From Podarcis liolepis (Eukaryota), in the NCBI GenBank assembly GCA_965112155.1, contig OZ218104.1: a stretch of DNA of 64,000 nt. One strand, given 5' to 3'. The notes beneath the pieces are model-generated. The model did no database searches and was not told the DNA's origin. It saw only the letters and a list, made by a program, of their open reading frames with translations. Position 1 is the first letter of the stretch, and each line of letters starts with the position of its first letter. Below, one piece after another: positions 1 through 26,020 of the stretch. The translations under genes and the position numbers were made by a program.

Positions 1-992
1 GGATTGTAGAGGGATGTGGGAAGAGGAAACATGGGTTTCAACTTCTATCAGCTGGTTGAACAGAGAGTTATTTTAACATCACAAAGCTGCTATTATCAGC
101 CAAGCAGCCAAGCTCAGCTAAGCAGGTACCACAATAGTCCTGCTCCCTTTGGCTTGATACCACAACACAGTGTTACCAAAAAAGCTTTCCTTGCCCTACC
201 ACAACCTATTGGGCATACTAGGGCAGAAGGGACGAGGTACATATGAGATTTAGCAGCCAGGTAAGAACCAAAGAGTCCTGCTCTCAACTGACAAAATGGC
301 TATCTAGACTATCATATAGTTTCTCACAGTAACTAACTCCATGCTTCTTGAAAGCCCACAAGCAGGAAATAAGCACAAGAGCACTCTCCCTACTTGTGCT
401 CCCCAGCAACTGGTGTTCAGAGGCTGAGCACTTCCAGTATTGGGCTAGCCCCCAGGCATAATGGTTGGTAGCCACTGGTAGCCTTATTCTCCATCAATTT
501 GTCTAATCTGCTTTCAAAGCCATCTTGGTTGGTGGCCATTGCTACCATCTTGTGCTAGCAGATTCTATAGTACACTGAATTGTGAACAGTGAGAGCTTTT
601 GTAACACGAGGCAGAAGATCTTAATTCTATATATCTCTGAGAAAGTCCTATGTACTGGATTCCTAGTTCATAGCATTCTTGACACAACCTCCCTCATATT
701 CTGGGGGTTGTACCATCTCTGGCTGACATTGTGAGGGTAAAATGTGAGTGCTGCTGTATATCCAGTTGATACAGGAAAAAGAAGATGGAAAGACATACTG
801 GACTGAGAAGCCAAGCAGAGGGATTCCTGAGCAAGGGCTGATGGTTAGGGAATGCTCGTTATGCCTTGGATATTTTCTGTTTCAAGGCTGGCCCTGGACC
901 ATTTGAATTAATGAAAAAAATCTGCCTCTGCATAGCTGCAGAGTAATTTTCCCTGAATACTGAGTAGTCATAATTAGAAAGGTTGCCACTTC

Positions 993-1140
993 AGATCTTC
1001 AGGTATCTGAAGAAGTGTGCATGCACACGAAAGCTCATACCAAGAACAAACTTAGTTGGTCTCTAAGGTGCCACTGGATATATTTTTTAAAAAAATTATA
1101 TATTTCTACTACGTCAGACCAACACGGATACCTACCTGAA
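993..1140. mobile_element. Interspersed repeat fragment (lizard retroelement end, possibly Penelope-like)
   Basis: Sequence ctgaagaagtgtgcatgcacacgaaagctcatacc...ttagttggtctctaaggtgccactgga recognised as a common lizard interspersed repeat; family assignment uncertain. Confidence 0.45.
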
Positions 1141-1475
1141 TCCACATCTGCATAAATAGGTTTGGGGTGGGGAGATGTACTCCTCACCCCAGTAAAATGC
1201 CTCAAGTAATTTGCATTTCACGTGTACTAAAGCCATTATTTCGCCTTTCATCCGCTGGGCTCTGACAACATTTTCTGGGATACGCGGCCAAATTCAATCC
1301 CGGAACTACATGTCGCTACATCAGGGTGCTGCAGCCTGTTTTCCTGGTTACACAAGTTGGTTCACATACCTCCTATACGGCAGTGAGAAACGAGAACTAT
1401 AGCGCCTGCGCAGTGCAAGCCCGTAAGATAAACAAAAAGCGCATGCGCTTAGGGAGCCTGAGTGATAGGACAATA

Positions 1476-14669
<13,194 letters not shown>

Positions 14670-17600
14670 GGAAAGCAGGGCCAGCCTGAAAAGAAACGCA
14701 TGGCACATTGTCCATTGATCAAGCACCAAGGCCTGTTTCTTTGGCTGGGGGCAGCATTGCCGAGAGACCAGCTGAGCCTCACTTTGCCATGGAATCATGG
14801 AACACTGTCAGGCTCCCCTTCCACCAAAGGACCAGCAACAATGTTCAAGGACCACTGTCTGCAGCAAGCAACCTTCTTCAGTTCTCCCCCTCCAACGAAG
14901 GACATGAACTGGGATGGTTGCTTGGAGCAGAGAAAAGCAGGTGCCCTCTCCTGAGCTGATCACAAACAGCCTCTGTGCCTCCAGTAAACTCATCGACCAT
15001 CTGACACACACAGACCCAGCAGTCTGGGAAGGTGAGAGCAGGCGAGGAGTATCCTTTCCAGGAGACCGCTCTTCTCAAGGGACCAAGGGCTGCCTTATTA
15101 TGCTCAGTGCCTTCACTCCAGCTTCCCCCCTGCTTTCCCTTCCCTTCCCCTCCCCTGCCAGCCTGCCTTGCAAATGGGCAAGAGTGAACAGCAGAAGGCC
15201 ATGCAGAAGAATTTCTGTGAATCTTGAGAACCCCGTGGACTTATCTAAGGGTGGAAGTGAATAGGTCTGAATAGGAACATGGTGCTAGTTTAAATGGTGC
15301 TACTTGAATCCTTAGCTTCTAGTTCCGTTGGCATAAGGGACCCCAGAGGATTCTGGGGGCAGGAGCCCCAAGAAAATCCAAAAGGGCCACTCCAGACCAT
15401 GGCTGTCCTGTGTGCAACATCAGCTGCTTTCCCATTGCCTGCAGAGTAACCTCCTTTACACAGTGCCTGTTATTTCTCACCACCAAATGCCTTCCCTGCA
15501 GAGGAGGCTTTGTCTTGAGGGCAGCAGTGCAGGAACTCCCTCCTGGTGGTTTAGGCAGTTTATACTTCAGTCTCACCCGAGTCCCGGCAAAGGAGCAGCT
15601 CAGGGCACCTTTGGGCCCTTTACTTCCTGCTGCTTTTGCCTTGGAAATGTCACCTATGGTGGGCAACCAGTGGACTTCCATGCAAGACATCTTAGTGGCT
15701 TCGGGGCTCTATCTCCTAGATCAGTGTTGGAGCAGTCAGGGCAGGAGGATATGCAGCCCAACACACCCCACCACCACTTCCAACACTCCTTTCTTGGCAC
15801 AAGGAAAAAATTTGCCAAAAAGCTTAGAATTCGTACCTGTGAGGGTTTTGATGTGGGTGTGTTGTGTCAACTCTATTGTAGCCGCTGCCTTTGGAACCAC
15901 TTCATCCAGCCTTCCGCCAGATGCCAAATCAACCTGGCATTTGCCCATGTATTGCCTACTGGGCAGAAGTCATCCAGAACCCCCTGCCCCACGTTGGCAA
16001 AGCCTCCCATGTAAAACCTGTGTGTCAGCCTTGCTCTTCCGTCTCCACTCCACCCCCACTGCTAGCTGCTTCTGCTGTTTACTCACTTGAATGCTGGTCA
16101 TTCCAAAGCATTTGACCGACCGGCTTCTGAAAAAGTGACTCAGCAGAAACAACGCTGACTAGCTCAGCAAAACTGCTGGCTTTACTGAAAGTCATATTTG
16201 CTACAATCAAAGACCAAAATAAGTTTGGGCACCACCTTCTTCCAGGAGTCCAGCATAGGAGCCGTCTTCTGCATGATGAGTTGCTTTTTTCTTTCCCTGT
16301 CCTTGAGAACCTTTGCAGGGAGTTGCATTTTCACATGAAAGGTGCCCCACATCTACCATATAGGTATAGGTCAGACTTATGTGTCCTTTTTGCCCAGTAA
16401 TGCTGCATACCCCAGCCTTTCCCACCAGGGGTCCTCCAGATGTTTCAGAACGGGCTGATGGGAGCTGTAGTAATTGTAATGGTTTTGTCTGTTTTTATAG
16501 TCTTTTCTGTTGTTAAAACCTGACCTGGGACCTTAGGGTTGAACCAGCGGGCCACAAATCTTATAAATAAAACAGCTCAGAGCATCTGAAGAGGACCAGG
16601 TTGGGGAAGGCCAGCCTGCCCTGACTGTTGCAACTCTCCAGGGCCTTGAGCAGAGATCATATGGATTGTGGGCACCTCTGAGACGCCTCTTGGTTTGCAC
16701 TCACTTCAGTAGGTTTCCCCTTCTTCTCCTCTTCAGCTTTTTGCGCACATCCCATAAATTTAGCCCTGTATAGAAGGAGAGACAGTGTGCTGCTGAAGTG
16801 TGTGCAAGCGTAACCTACTTTAAAAATGAAACACTCAAGCGCTAGCCAGCCCCCAAAAGACAACCAGGTTTCTAAAGAAGAGGAAACCTGTATCTTTTGT
16901 AAACAAAGACAGATGTGCAAACCTTGGTAAGCAGATCTGCAGGGAGGGCAACAAGGAGCAATAGATAAAGTACCAAGAACATTACAGATAGCAGTGGTGT
17001 GATGTGTCAGTGTGGACACTACTGAATATATATCTCAGGTAAAATGGGAGGTATATGGAGGCTGAAGGAGGTGTGTAGGATTAGCAGGTTGTGACAAAGC
17101 CACTGATGAGGGGGAACAAATCGGGTTGGGCAGAAGTCATCCCCAGTTGAGCCTCAGTGTTATCAGTAGAGAGCAAGAAAACACAGTTTGCAAAAAGCAG
17201 ATTTTGTGGGCTCTGTAGCTGCTGGCTGGAAACTTACAGCACCCCACCCCCACCTCACTTCCATTGTGCTGTGGATTCTGACTTCAGCAGCCTTTCCTTC
17301 CATGCAAGGACTAGGGAAGGAATCTATTGGACTTGGGAATGCAAGTGTATTTATTTGATAAACAGCCTGTTTTCTTCTGCATGTGGGTTTGTTTGTTTCC
17401 TTGCTTCACATGAACAAAGCAAAACAACAGAAAAAGCAATGATTTTGCTTTAATGGTTCAGACTACATTGCCAGGACACACCCTGTGATCTATTGCTGGG
17501 TCTGTTCCACAGCTTTAGTGGCCACTGCTGTCTGACTCCAGGAGTTGGGGGACAGCAATAAATCATAACTGGGCACATTCAAACTTCAAACCCCAAGTGC

Positions 17601-20600
17601 AGAAACCTGGATTATACACGTCTGTTGGGTGAATGACAAGACAGTGGTGTGCAGAGCATCATCAAGGTCAGACCTGGGTCTGCACGGTCGATTGGGCAGT
17701 TTTCCTGCTCATGGCACCAGCAAGTGGATTGTGTGACAGAGTCAAAGCTACAGCCCAGCCCCAAGAACAGCAAAGGACACGTTGGGTCATCCTTAGGTGA
17801 TATCCAGCACACTTCTGATTGGCTCCTGTAAAAGCTGTAGTTCTGCCTCAGCCAGAGCAACTGAGACTTTGTTTTGCCAGCTCTTACACCTGGCCCAATG
17901 AGAGGCCAAGAGCTGGGCAAGAAGTATCTGGAAGTGCCACCTCCTGCCTTCCTGACCCCTGTTCATTGTGTGCCTGCAGAAAAGCTCTGGTTGGTCCTCT
18001 GTGCCCAGGTGAATACTGTTGCGTGTGCTGAGCATTGCAGAGGCAGCAAAGGAGCCCCCAGACAAGCAACTGGCTAGACCTGTTGGCATGAGGAAGGAGG
18101 GCGCGAGAGAATGGTATGGGTCATTCTAGCTGCTGCTCCTAGAAAATTTGGTTCTGTCGCTTTAAGAAACCCTGATTGCTGTGAAGGACAGCCTCCAGCT
18201 CCAGGGGTGATCTGTCAGGCTTATTGAGGCTGACTTCTCCCACCTGCGCACAATGCAAGGCCACAGAAATTGTGCTTTGCCAGGAGTGAGCAACTCAGAG
18301 GTGAGTCTCCAAGCATGAAGGGGCTGGACTTGATGGAAACATGAACTCGCCACCTGGAAGAGCTTTGTGGCCTTTGCCTTCAAGTGGCCTTGATGCTGTC
18401 ACTGTTCCAAGTGAGAAAAATGTAGCGCGCCAGGGAAGTCTGTCCTGGCCAAGCAGAGCTGTGTGGCCTTGGCTCCCCTGCTCCCCTTGCCTCTGAGCCT
18501 CTGTAATTGTGCTGATCTGGTGGTATCCCTGCTGCAGCATCCTGCCTCCACTTTGGCCAACAAAGCTGACTGTTCCTCAGATCATAGCAAGGATGAAACC
18601 AGCCTCACGTCCTCCAGAAGAGGCTGCTTTTCGGTGAGGTCCCTCTTCTTCCACAAGCCCCAGTTAGATCCAGCTTAAATTGGCACAGAGACTCAGGGTT
18701 CCAGGGTTGGCTTCAGGTTCCTGTGTTATAAACAACAAACTGGGTTTCGTGAACTGGAAGGGTGTGGATGCACTTGAGAGCATCCTTGCAGACAGCTGAA
18801 TTTGGCTGTGGAAGCAAAGGATCAACTTGGGAAGCAGGCAGCTGTTGTTCTCCCTGAGCCCCCTCTCGGCACATGCACACACATATTCCCTGGTGGCTCA
18901 TATGTCATCTGGGCATCATGATACACCAGCATTTCCACTTCAGCTGGCTGCGAGATCGGCTTGTGCTGCAATCAGCAGATGCTTATCCGTTAAGCCGTGA
19001 AACTCTGGACAGGCCTCAGAGTCCTCGTCATCTACGCTCTGCGCTCCACAATGGGGCTTGAAAGTTTATCTCCTCTGGCGTGGCAGGCAAAAAGTGGAGA
19101 GGGCTGAGGGCTGTGCATTTTTGAATTCCCAAAGAGGAGGAAGGAGGGCATCTGCAGCTCCATTTGTCTTGACACAAATCCCTCTTGCCTTAAGATGCCA
19201 GCATTTTGCTGCAGAGGATGGAGGCTGCTGCTTGCTACAGACTCATCCCAGGAATGCATGAGAAGATTTTGTCGCCCTCTGGTCTGTTTGGCAAGGAAAC
19301 CGGCTTTAAACTAAGGCCCAGACCACCTCTCTTAGTGGCTGTAAAGAAATGCAGCATTCCCTTCGCCCATGGCTACTGTGGTGTCTCAGGCTGTGGAGCC
19401 TCTAACCCCCCCCCCACTCCCTCCCCCAGAAAGATGCAGTCACCCAGAACAGGGCTGTGCAGTTACTCTGCAGGCTTTGGGGCTTGTGCAGTGCCCCCAT
19501 CTCTGTTGGAGGTCCGGAGAGTCAGTGTGGTTGATAGATTAGAGGGCTGGGCTGAGCTCCGGCCTGTGGTCCCACCTAACTGAATGGCCTCAGCTGCAAG
19601 TCGCCACCTCTCAGCCTCCGGTTCAATGTCACTGACAGGCATGTTTCGATAGCAAGCCCAGTAAGGACTGCGGCACATTTGCAAAGTGAATGGAGCAACA
19701 TGATTTGAATGGTGTAGGGCTGGGAGAGAGAAGCTGCTGTTCCTGCCCCATCCTGGCTTTCCCATCCTGAGAAGGAGAGGGGGGGAGAGAGAGGATGCAA
19801 CCCTCTGGGTCTAGCTAACTGGGTGCCAACAGCAGGTGCCCAGTCTGCCAAGTGGCAACACCAAGTGGCTGACCGGCCCTGGTGAGGAAGGTAAGGTAAA
19901 CTGGGCTCCCAAACTTTCTGAGGCCCAAAAACCTCAATAGGGTACAAGAGGGTGTGTAAGCCTTGGGAGGAGCCTGTGCTGAAGGGGACCCCAGAGACTG
20001 AACTAACTCCCTTGTCCCTGCTACAAGGGCATTCAGGCACCAGAGTGCCACCACTAGGGAAAACACAAGCTGGGTCCAGCACTTGGCTGAGAGCTTCTGG
20101 TTTAATGCACAACAGGGCAAGAAGCAGTCTCAGCAGCGTGCCTCTTTCCACTGGCACAAAGAGGCCTCCCCAGTTCACATGGGGATGTACCATAGGACGG
20201 GCTTAGCTGCTCAATTCAGTCCTGCTCCTTCCTGGCTTCCAAGCAGTTGTTTGTCACCCTCGCCGGCCGTGGAGGGAGCTCTTCCTCCTCATGAGAATGC
20301 ACAGAGTTGCAGGAGGAGAAGCGTGCAGCTGCCCTGAGGCTGAGCCAGGCCAAGCCTGTGGATGCTGTGTGCTAAGAAGACCAAAACCCCAAAGCAGCAG
20401 CTGGGAGTTAAGGCCACTGGGAAGAAAATGTGCTTTCGGAAGTGAGGGCTGGTTCCACCCTTTCCCAGCAGGTCCTCCTGGCAGCTGGACTTTTGGCTTC
20501 ACCACATATCCTGGAAGTGTTGTAGAAATGGTTCTGAGTTTCCCCCAGGTTCCTTTGGTATAACAAGGTTCCTTTCCCTGGCTGAGACGCTGCCTCCCAT

Positions 20601-21064
20601 CACCCCCAGCATTGCTCAAGGCACGTGGCTGAAGAAGGGGGGCTTTTTCTCTATTGCTGTGTGCTTCAAGCCGCTCTCCCTCTCCCATTTCTACTCGTCC
20701 CCAGCAAGGTAGCCTCTTGTTGGTGTGTCCATCGCCACAGGCTTTGTTGAGAAGGTAGCAGCAGAAGGTTCAAAAGTGCCTAAAGGAAACAGGGCCGCAG
20801 CCGTCTCCCCTAGACGTGGCATCTGCTGCCTGGTGTTAATGGCAGTGCAGAGAAGGTCCTGATGGGCAAATGTAACTCATGGCCGGGGGCTAAGCGAAAT
20901 GATTTTTACACAACCAGCAAGACTGGCAAATGTCTTGACCTGGGAGGGAGGGAGGGAGGCAGAGGAGGAGGCAGAATGAATGTCTCTTAAGGTCACAAAT
21001 TGCTTGGAATTTGTGGTTAGTGCAAGAGTGAGTGTTGGCACCTTGGTCTGGATTCTGGCTCTCG

Positions 21065-24000
21065 TTATTCTTCTTTCGGCTTCTCCACAGTAAGGAAAGT
21101 GTCTGCTTTGCTGGCCTGGAGCTCCGAGTCGCTGAGGTGCTTCTTCTCCCGGCCCTGATCACCTTTTGACCTCGTCCAGGATGGGGAGCGCAGGTAGCCG
21201 GCCCGGGGGTTAGGGTGGGGGTGGGGGTGCAGACCTATGCCGAGAGAAAGAAAGGCAGGTCGGGACTGACCAGCAGACCTGGTTGCTTCCTCACACCGAC
21301 AGACCTTTCGTTAGGACTGCCGTATGTCCGGAATTTCCCAGACATATCTGGGGATTTGTCCACCAAAAATAGCGTCCAGGCAGAGTTTTCAGAAATTGTT
21401 TAGAATGTCTGGGAAAATCCGGGTATATGACAGCCTACACTGGAAGTGTTGGATTGTTGTTGTTGCTGCAAATTCCCTATTTTAAAAAGCTCAAAACTTT
21501 CTTTCTTCTTTCTTGGAGATTTTGCAAAAATCAGGGCTCAGCCACACTTTCGTCTGCCCATATTCTGATTGCATTGTATACCAACTACCGTATTTTTCGC
21601 TCTATAACACGCACCCGACCATAACACGCACGTAGTTTTCAGAGGAGGAAAATCCGTAGGCATGCCACCCATAGGCATTTCCTCCATAACACGCACAGAC
21701 ATTTCCCCTTACTTTCTAGGAGGAAAAAAGTGAGTGTTATGGTGCAAAAAATACGGTAATTCCCCCCGGTCTAAGAGCTTCCCCATTGTTCTGTGGCTGT
21801 GCCTTGAGAAAAATCCATTGTACCCATTGACTCAATAGCTCGGTAAGCAACATCTCTCTTCGGATTTTCTATGCATCTGAGAAGATCCAGTTCAGTGGGT
21901 AAGAACTGATTTTCGCAAGGCACAGCTGCAGAACAATGAGAAAACCTCTCGGACCCTGGGGAATTACCGTATTTTTCCATGTATAACACGCCCCCATGTA
22001 TAAGACGCCCCCTATTTTGGGGGACTCCAAATTAAGAAAATGGAAAATGGCAGCCAGTTGCCAGCAGCCCTTCTCACAGCCACCAATCATCAGCACTATC
22101 GCCACTAAGAATCTCCTGCTCGCAGCTGCGACCAATCGCCCAACCCCACTCTACCCAAGTATAAGACGAGGGATAATTTTAAAGCTAATTTTTAAATTAA
22201 AGACCCTCATCTTATAGACGGAAAAGTACGGTAATCGGGGCACAATGCAATCAAAATACAAGTCAAGTTTGGGCGAGCCCTTAATTTGTGACCCATCTTT
22301 CCACATACTGGGTATCAAAGGCAGCTATCTGAAGCAATGTACAATAAAAACAAAACAAATATCCAAAGCAGATAAAACAACAGCAGAGCAGAAGAGAAGC
22401 AGATTAAAACAGTAACCAACTTAAAATTCTCAGTGAGAAACACAAAGTCCTCCCACTCCGGCGAGGGGCAGCTAGTCATGCGCAACGCCAGCTCCCAGCT
22501 GTGTCCACATCAAAGGACACATCCAGCGAGTTCCGTGGGGCCTTGATGAGCAGCTCACGTGGGTCTCCCTTGCTATACTTGCGGCCTGTGCAGCCAATAC
22601 ATTTTGCAAGGCCTGCTCAAAATCGAATAAGCTCCCTTTCCAGACACAGCCTCCCAGTGAAAGAGGGAGGACTTTGAGCCCCGCATTTTCTGTGAAGAAG
22701 TAGAACAGAGGTGTGGGATCCGCTGGGTGTTTTTGGCAGATCCCCTGAGAGTCTGCTCACCTCATTCTGTGTGATGCATACACATGATGGCCGATAATAA
22801 CAAATCAAAAAGCCGACCTGCAGCCTGGATTTCCCTCCCTGCCTCTTCTTGTCTGCTGAGAGTGCAGGGAACTCTCCTCATTAATTCCACTCACACTTTC
22901 CCACCAAGGAGGCTGATCTGCATTTCCACTCCATCTGTGTCACTGGGATGCAGCTGCTGCCTCCGCAGACACCATCGCAGACACCCTCTCCATACCCCTC
23001 TCAGCACAGCTGCTCATCGTGTCATTGCTCTGGGAGGGGCAGGAGAAGAGGGCCTGGAATCATGGGATGGGGGAGCCCTCCCTCCTCCCTACACACATAG
23101 CGCACAAGCCCTCCCTAGAGCAATAGCTTGCACATCATCCTCAAGCAGATAATGAGGACATCATCACTCTGAGGAGAACCAGCTTGCCCCAGGGAGAAGC
23201 TTGATATTTTCCACAATCAAAGAGAACATCCTCTAAGCCAAAGTGTCTCCCTTTCTGAGACACCTGTCAAATGCTATCTGTTTTCTGAGACTCTTGGCAC
23301 AGCTGGGCTGCTTAATGAGGCGCACACACACCCCTACCGGCATGCTTGATTAAGCAGATTTCACACTGTCACTCCATGCTTAGGTTCCTTATCATCACAG
23401 GTGGGGCTGATTGGCTCAGGTGACCTTTCTGCCGCAGCAGCTCTGCCTGGGGTGATGTGCAAGCCCCACAAGGCAGTTGCCAGGCACTCTTCCCCCCGCC
23501 ACTGCCCTAGTCTTTGTGCCCTAGATCTTGCCTAGCTGATTAAAAGTATCTTACTCTGTTTGCAATCCTGTTCCCACTTAACTGGGAGTAAGCACCATAG
23601 AACTCAGTGGGACTTACCTCTGGCTAGAGATGGATAAGATTACGCTGCAAGAATTGGGCCTCATAGACTCACTCTTGTGCACTGAACATCGACAGTTTTT
23701 TAAAAAGTAATTTTGAGAATTAGATGCATGACAAAAAAGAAATTAGGGCACCTGAGTACAGAAACATACTTTGCGGAGCCGTAAGGCACCATACAGAGTT
23801 GCCATTTTGCAATTGAATATGCTTCAGGTTGGAAGGCAACAGATCTCAGGGTGTACATCTGATGCTTAGGCCCTTTGTGGCTTCATGTCTGAACTGCTTC
23901 TTGTTAAACTTAAAGCCTGGGGAGGGGAACAAGAGATCAGACTTATACTGATATCAATAAAATCCTACTGAATGGGGTAACAACATTAATCCCGGCCAGC

Positions 24001-25989
24001 AGGAACTATGGTATAAAAAGGAAAGCATTCTAAGAAGCTGCAGAAACGGCAACTTTGTTTGTGGTTAGAAAATTTTATAGGATCAAAACTGGAGAGCAGA
24101 GTCGCCTCTCCAGATAGGCTTCTCCTAAGTAATCTCACACTTGCAAGTGAGATTACTAGAGGGTGGGATGGGTGGAAAGGTGTCAGCTGACACCCCCCCC
24201 CCCCCCAGGATAAGGCACTTGCTTAGCTGCTTTGCAAAGCCAATTTATATGACACTGCCTCTGCCCACATGCCTAGCAGGATGAGTGCCACATTGATCTG
24301 CAGCTGTTGGCTCGACCCAGCAGTCTCATCTTGCGCTCTTTTGTCAAGGATGATAGGAGTTGTAGTCCAGCAACATTTCACGGCCCACAGCTTGCTGATC
24401 CCTCTTTTGAATCCCAACATGTTTCTCCCCCAGCCTTTGGAGCTATCTTAGGTCTATGCAGATGTATGCAGTTGGAATTGACTAATTAGTTCCTCCATTT
24501 TAAGGCTTGCATAATTAATTGGTTTAAGATTCAATCGAGAGACCATGCTTACCAGCAGGGGATTCATTGCCTGTATTCTCATCGTCGGAGTCAGCAAAGA
24601 CCTCCGCCAGCTCCTGGTCAGACATGTCTGTAAGCTCAGTTAGGTCCAGAAGGTCAAAGTGCACCTCGAGGGAGGAGACGCTGCTCAAAGGTTCTGTGGA
24701 GACAAGATGTCAGTGAGAACCATGACCGGTTAGGCAGTGTGGGAACAGATGAGAAGGCTCTCTGATAGGGTCAGTTGTCCTGGACTCGGACATGCCCTCC
24801 CCACACTGCAGATGGTCTGCAAACTGAGGCCTGAGAGGGAACACTGGCGGGTTAATGGCAGAGGCAAGATTTGAGCCAGGGACTTTCCTGATTCCGTAGC
24901 TCAGCCTTTTAGCCTCTGCACTTTAAATGAATGCAAAGTATGCTTCTTATTTGTGGTCAGCTCCCCGATGGGCCTTTCTGCAGCTCCCAGGAGATGCAGC
25001 TGTAAGGGAGTCCAGGGTCTCAGGGGGAGTTGCTGAGCTGGGCTAGGGGCCCAGAAAGCTCTTTGCCTTCTCCTACAGCCAGCAGAGAGCCAACTCCTTC
25101 CTTCCAGGTTTTACTTACGCCTGCGCTCCGCAACCTGCAGCAGCCCGGAAGTGGGGATTGGGATCCCTCCTTCTTCCTCAGCAGGGGGGCTGTGGGGCTC
25201 TTCCACCAGTCCATGTATGGGTACAATAATGGGGGCCAGCCGCTCTGGCGTTTGGGCCCCTTTAATCAGCTCTGAAACGACAAAGGTTTGCATCTGCTTA
25301 CAGGAGACATGGTAGGAGAGCAGAGGGAGAATCACTACCCAGGCCTGATCAGACCCACCCAGCATCAGCATCCCTTTTCAGTTCAGGTGGATACAGTCAG
25401 GCTTGGTGGCCAACAGGTAGGAGAGGCCTGTTTCCCATACAAGCCCCCCCCCCCAATTGGCATGAAGGAAGCTGAGTGGGACTGCCCTTTGTTTCTGCAG
25501 CGAATTCTGGGAACAGACCCCTAAACTGACACCAGCCTGGATGGCTACTAGCCACGATGGTTCTGCCTCCACAGTCTGAGGCTGTAATCCTTCTGAAGAC
25601 CACTTGCTGGGTGCTATGGCACTCAGGTTCTGCTTGAGGGTTTCCCACAGGCACATCATTGGCCACTGTGAGAACAGGATGCTGGACTAGACGGGCCAGT
25701 GGCCTGTTCCAGCAGGTTTTTCTAATGCTTCTCTGTTCTTAAACTCCAGCTCCTTATCCAGGCCACTCCTACAACTTATTCATGGCAGATGAGAAACCAA
25801 GGAACAATTTCCATCCCCTGCTTCTACCAAAGCTCAGATGTTGGGTCACCGTTCAGCTGAGCTACAGTATTCCTCTTTTCTTTGGCTCTCCATTTTTGCA
25901 TTTCTTCACCCTCCTGTACTGAATTCGGCTGCAGGGATTAATCCAGCCTGCCGCGTCAACCATGCCTAGCTGCAACTTGGCTGTCTCCC

Positions 25990-26020
<31 letters not shown>

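Noticed and set aside
15410-16090. 226-aa and 200-aa ORFs downstream of AFG3L1
   Set aside because: No recognisable homology or splice support; probably 3' UTR or intergenic sequence
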